DNA from: Octopus sinensis
Lineage: Eukaryota
Assembly (NCBI RefSeq): GCF_006345805.1
Contig: NC_043004.1
Span: 32,364,001 to 32,428,000, forward strand
Reading direction: 5' to 3'
DNA: 64,000 bases
A program made the translations under genes and the position numbers. The notes under the pieces were generated by a model that was given only the letters and a program-made list of their open reading frames with translations, had not been told where the DNA came from and ran no database searches. Shown piece by piece: positions 61,507-64,000 of the stretch (positions within the stretch are counted from its first letter, which is position 1; each line of letters begins with the position of its first letter).

Positions 61507-61815
61507 ATCATCATCATCATCATCATTTAGCGTCCGCTTTCCATGCTAGCATGGGTTGGACGGTTCAACTGGGGTCTGTGAAGTCAGAAGGCTGCATCAG
61601 GCCCAGTCTGATCTGGCACTGTTTCTACGGCTTGATGCCCTTCCTAACGCCAACCACTCCGTGAGTGTAGTGGGTGCTTTTTACGTGCCACCCGCACAGG
61701 TGCCAGATGGAGCTGGCAAACGGCCACGGACGGATGGTGCTTTTTACGTGCCACTGGCACAGGGGCCAGGCGAGGCTGGCAACGGCCACGATCGGATGGT
61801 GCTTTTTACGTGCCA
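61507..61815 (-). mobile_element. Family B copy, FXN intron 3
   Basis: Consensus match. Confidence 0.88.
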
Positions 61816-62123
61816 TATATATATGAATAAATGGAGTTTAACACAGGTGTAAATCAAAACATGTGTCGAAAGTAAAAATATTTGATTTACACCTGCGTTA
61901 AACTCCATTTATTTATTCATATATTCATATGTTCATATATTCAAAATATTCCACGTAAACACGAAGTTTCTACCTTTATAAACAAGGAGTTACAACATCT
62001 TTACTTGTGAGATTTTTGCTAGCCTGGTAACTATTTATTTTCTTTTTCCATGTTAATTGTTAACAAGGTAAAAATACACTCATCTATTTATATAAATAAT
62101 ATATATATATATATGTGTGTGTG

Positions 62124-62180
<57 letters not shown>

Positions 62181-62182
<2 letters not shown>

Positions 62183-62355
62183 GCGGGTGGCACGTAAAAA
62201 GCACCCACTACACTCACGGAGTGGTTGGCGTTAAGAAGGGCATCCAGCCGTAGAAACACTGCCAGATCTGACTGGGCATGATGAAGCCTTCTGGCTTCAC
62301 AGACCCTCAGTTGAACCGTCCAACCCATGCTAGCATGGAAAACGGACGCTAAATG
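62181..62355 (+). mobile_element. Short family B copy, inverted relative to the 61507 copy
   Basis: Near-identical reverse complement of 61520-61695. Confidence 0.88.
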
Positions 62356-62467
62356 AGCAAAATTTAGATTCAGATGAATATGGTACTTAAGTCAAAGGCA
62401 CCAGGATTTTGTATGGTATTATCCATATAAATCAAATGGGGTGATTATAATCTTGTTGCTTATTTTG

Positions 62468-62498
<31 letters not shown>

Positions 62499-63599
62499 TC
62501 TCTCACTATCTTACACTTTTACTAGTTTCAGCCATTTTACTACAGCCATACTGTAAGTGAACTATACAAATTATCTGCTAGAATAACTAAGCCAGTTAGT
62601 TAAATGTCCTCTGGAGTCAGATGTGTAACTTTTGTATACTTAGCTGAGAAAGAAGCACCATGGCCAGTTCATTCTTGAGTTGTAGTTACTAAGGAGTACC
62701 TCTATGATTTCTGATATATCCAGTTTTGTCGGAAATCATAGAGGCACTCCAGGTAGAGCTGCTGCTTCTCTGAATTGAGAGCTTAAAGCTTCAGTACTAT
62801 GGACATGTGGTAAGAATATCTCAGGAAAGAATTGCTGGACAGGTTTTATGAGAAAAGCCAACTAGCAGGAAACTGAAGAGAAGGTCATGAGCTGAGTTGG
62901 TCCTGCTTAGGAATCCAGCAGGATCAATTAGAGACAGATGCTTCTGACAGGACCCATTGCAAAGCATTCTTGAGGACTCTGTTCCCATAAGTGAGTGAAG
63001 AGGATGAGATGAGATAAAAAATACTTGCTTCCAGAACTAAAGCAAAGGCATGCAATGGAAATTTACATGGCAACTTCTAGAAAATAGTGCTAGTCTCGGT
63101 AGAACCCAAGTATCTTTTTAATGGCGGTGCCCCAGCATGGCCACAGCTCGTGAGCTGAAACTAGATAAAATAAAGTAAAATAAATAAAATAAAGTAAAAT
63201 AAATAAAATAATGAAAGCTTCTGAAAAGATATGACATCTGTAAACTATTTTTAATAGTTCAGTCAATCTAGATGCAAAGAGATACAATTTCAAGGTAAAC
63301 TTTATTGTGATAAGCTATTAAGATCAATTATGATTGAAGTGTCTTTATTAATTTGTAGTTCTGCATTTAAAAAGTCAACAAGAAACCATTCCAGTGTATC
63401 CCCTTTTGGATATGTCCGAACATCTCAATAGGTTGTTTAGAAGATATTATGTTGAGCCTACAGTTAACTCTCTGCCTGTTTGATCTTTTCATTCCTTTCG
63501 GTCTGGGGGAGGGTAATGTAGGCAACGCTATTTCAAGTAGGTTTGTAACCTGCAAAATATTCATTGGTTATTAACAACAGTTATCTCTGCCAGAAAAAA

Positions 63600-64000
63600 T
63601 GTTCTAGATCATCCCAAGTGAACATGGTTAGCTCCCCCTTTGCTAGCATACAAGGTGTAACTACTAAACAACACATAGGAGGATGTTAGAAGCATATCAC
63701 CTACTTAACGCCTTACTTCCCTGGGCATGGACACATTGAAACTCCGACGTCTGGCAGCTGACTTGGCAGACACCCATAAAATTATCAACCATTGTACAAA
63801 CAATAACTCTGAGCACCTTTTCAAACTCCACCCATCTAACACCTGTGGACATATTTACAAAGTAAGAAAACAGCACAGCTTCCATGACTTCAGGAAACAT
63901 TTTTTCACGCTGAGAGTTGCTGAAGCATGGAACAAACTGCCGGCATCAGTTGTTAGTTGTCGGAGCACTGCATCCTTCAAAACTTCCATGCTTCCTGAGA
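63600..64000 (+). mobile_element. CR1-like LINE ORF2 C-terminus (runs off the window)
   Basis: LRRLAADLADTHKII...RKHFFTLRVAEAWNKLPASVVSCRSTASFK. Confidence 0.85.

Noticed and set aside
61314-64000. Search for FXN exon 4 (GVLT..GTYVINKQ)
   Set aside because: No matching frame found; presumed beyond the window

Overview
AT-rich, intron-rich animal genomic DNA dense in microsatellites and tRNA-derived SINEs. The repeat landscape and protein sequences suggest an octopus or other coleoid cephalopod (inference). Three split protein-coding genes can be assembled by hand with GT-AG introns and consistent phases. (1) A pancreatic-lipase-family gene on + has 10 visible coding exons (2522-21817, about 463 aa, intact Ser-Asp-His triad, full lid, PLAT domain); its signal-peptide exon was not found and is probably upstream of the window. 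(2) A complete 4-exon COX5B on - (41889-24706, 140 aa) lies tail-to-tail with the lipase. (3) The first three coding exons of frataxin on + (48704-61313) lie head-to-head with COX5B; the remaining exons were not found in the window. The rest is SINEs of several modular families (labelled A, B, D, E, F here), fragments of CR1-, RTE/BovB-, R4/Dong- and Penelope-like retroelements, MITEs, a 791-bp foldback element with an 8-bp target-site duplication, and local tandem duplications. The ORF track misses most exons, and its long ORFs are microsatellite artefacts. No prokaryotic-type system or CRISPR array is present. Repeat boundaries are estimated by eye; exon boundaries were counted base by base.
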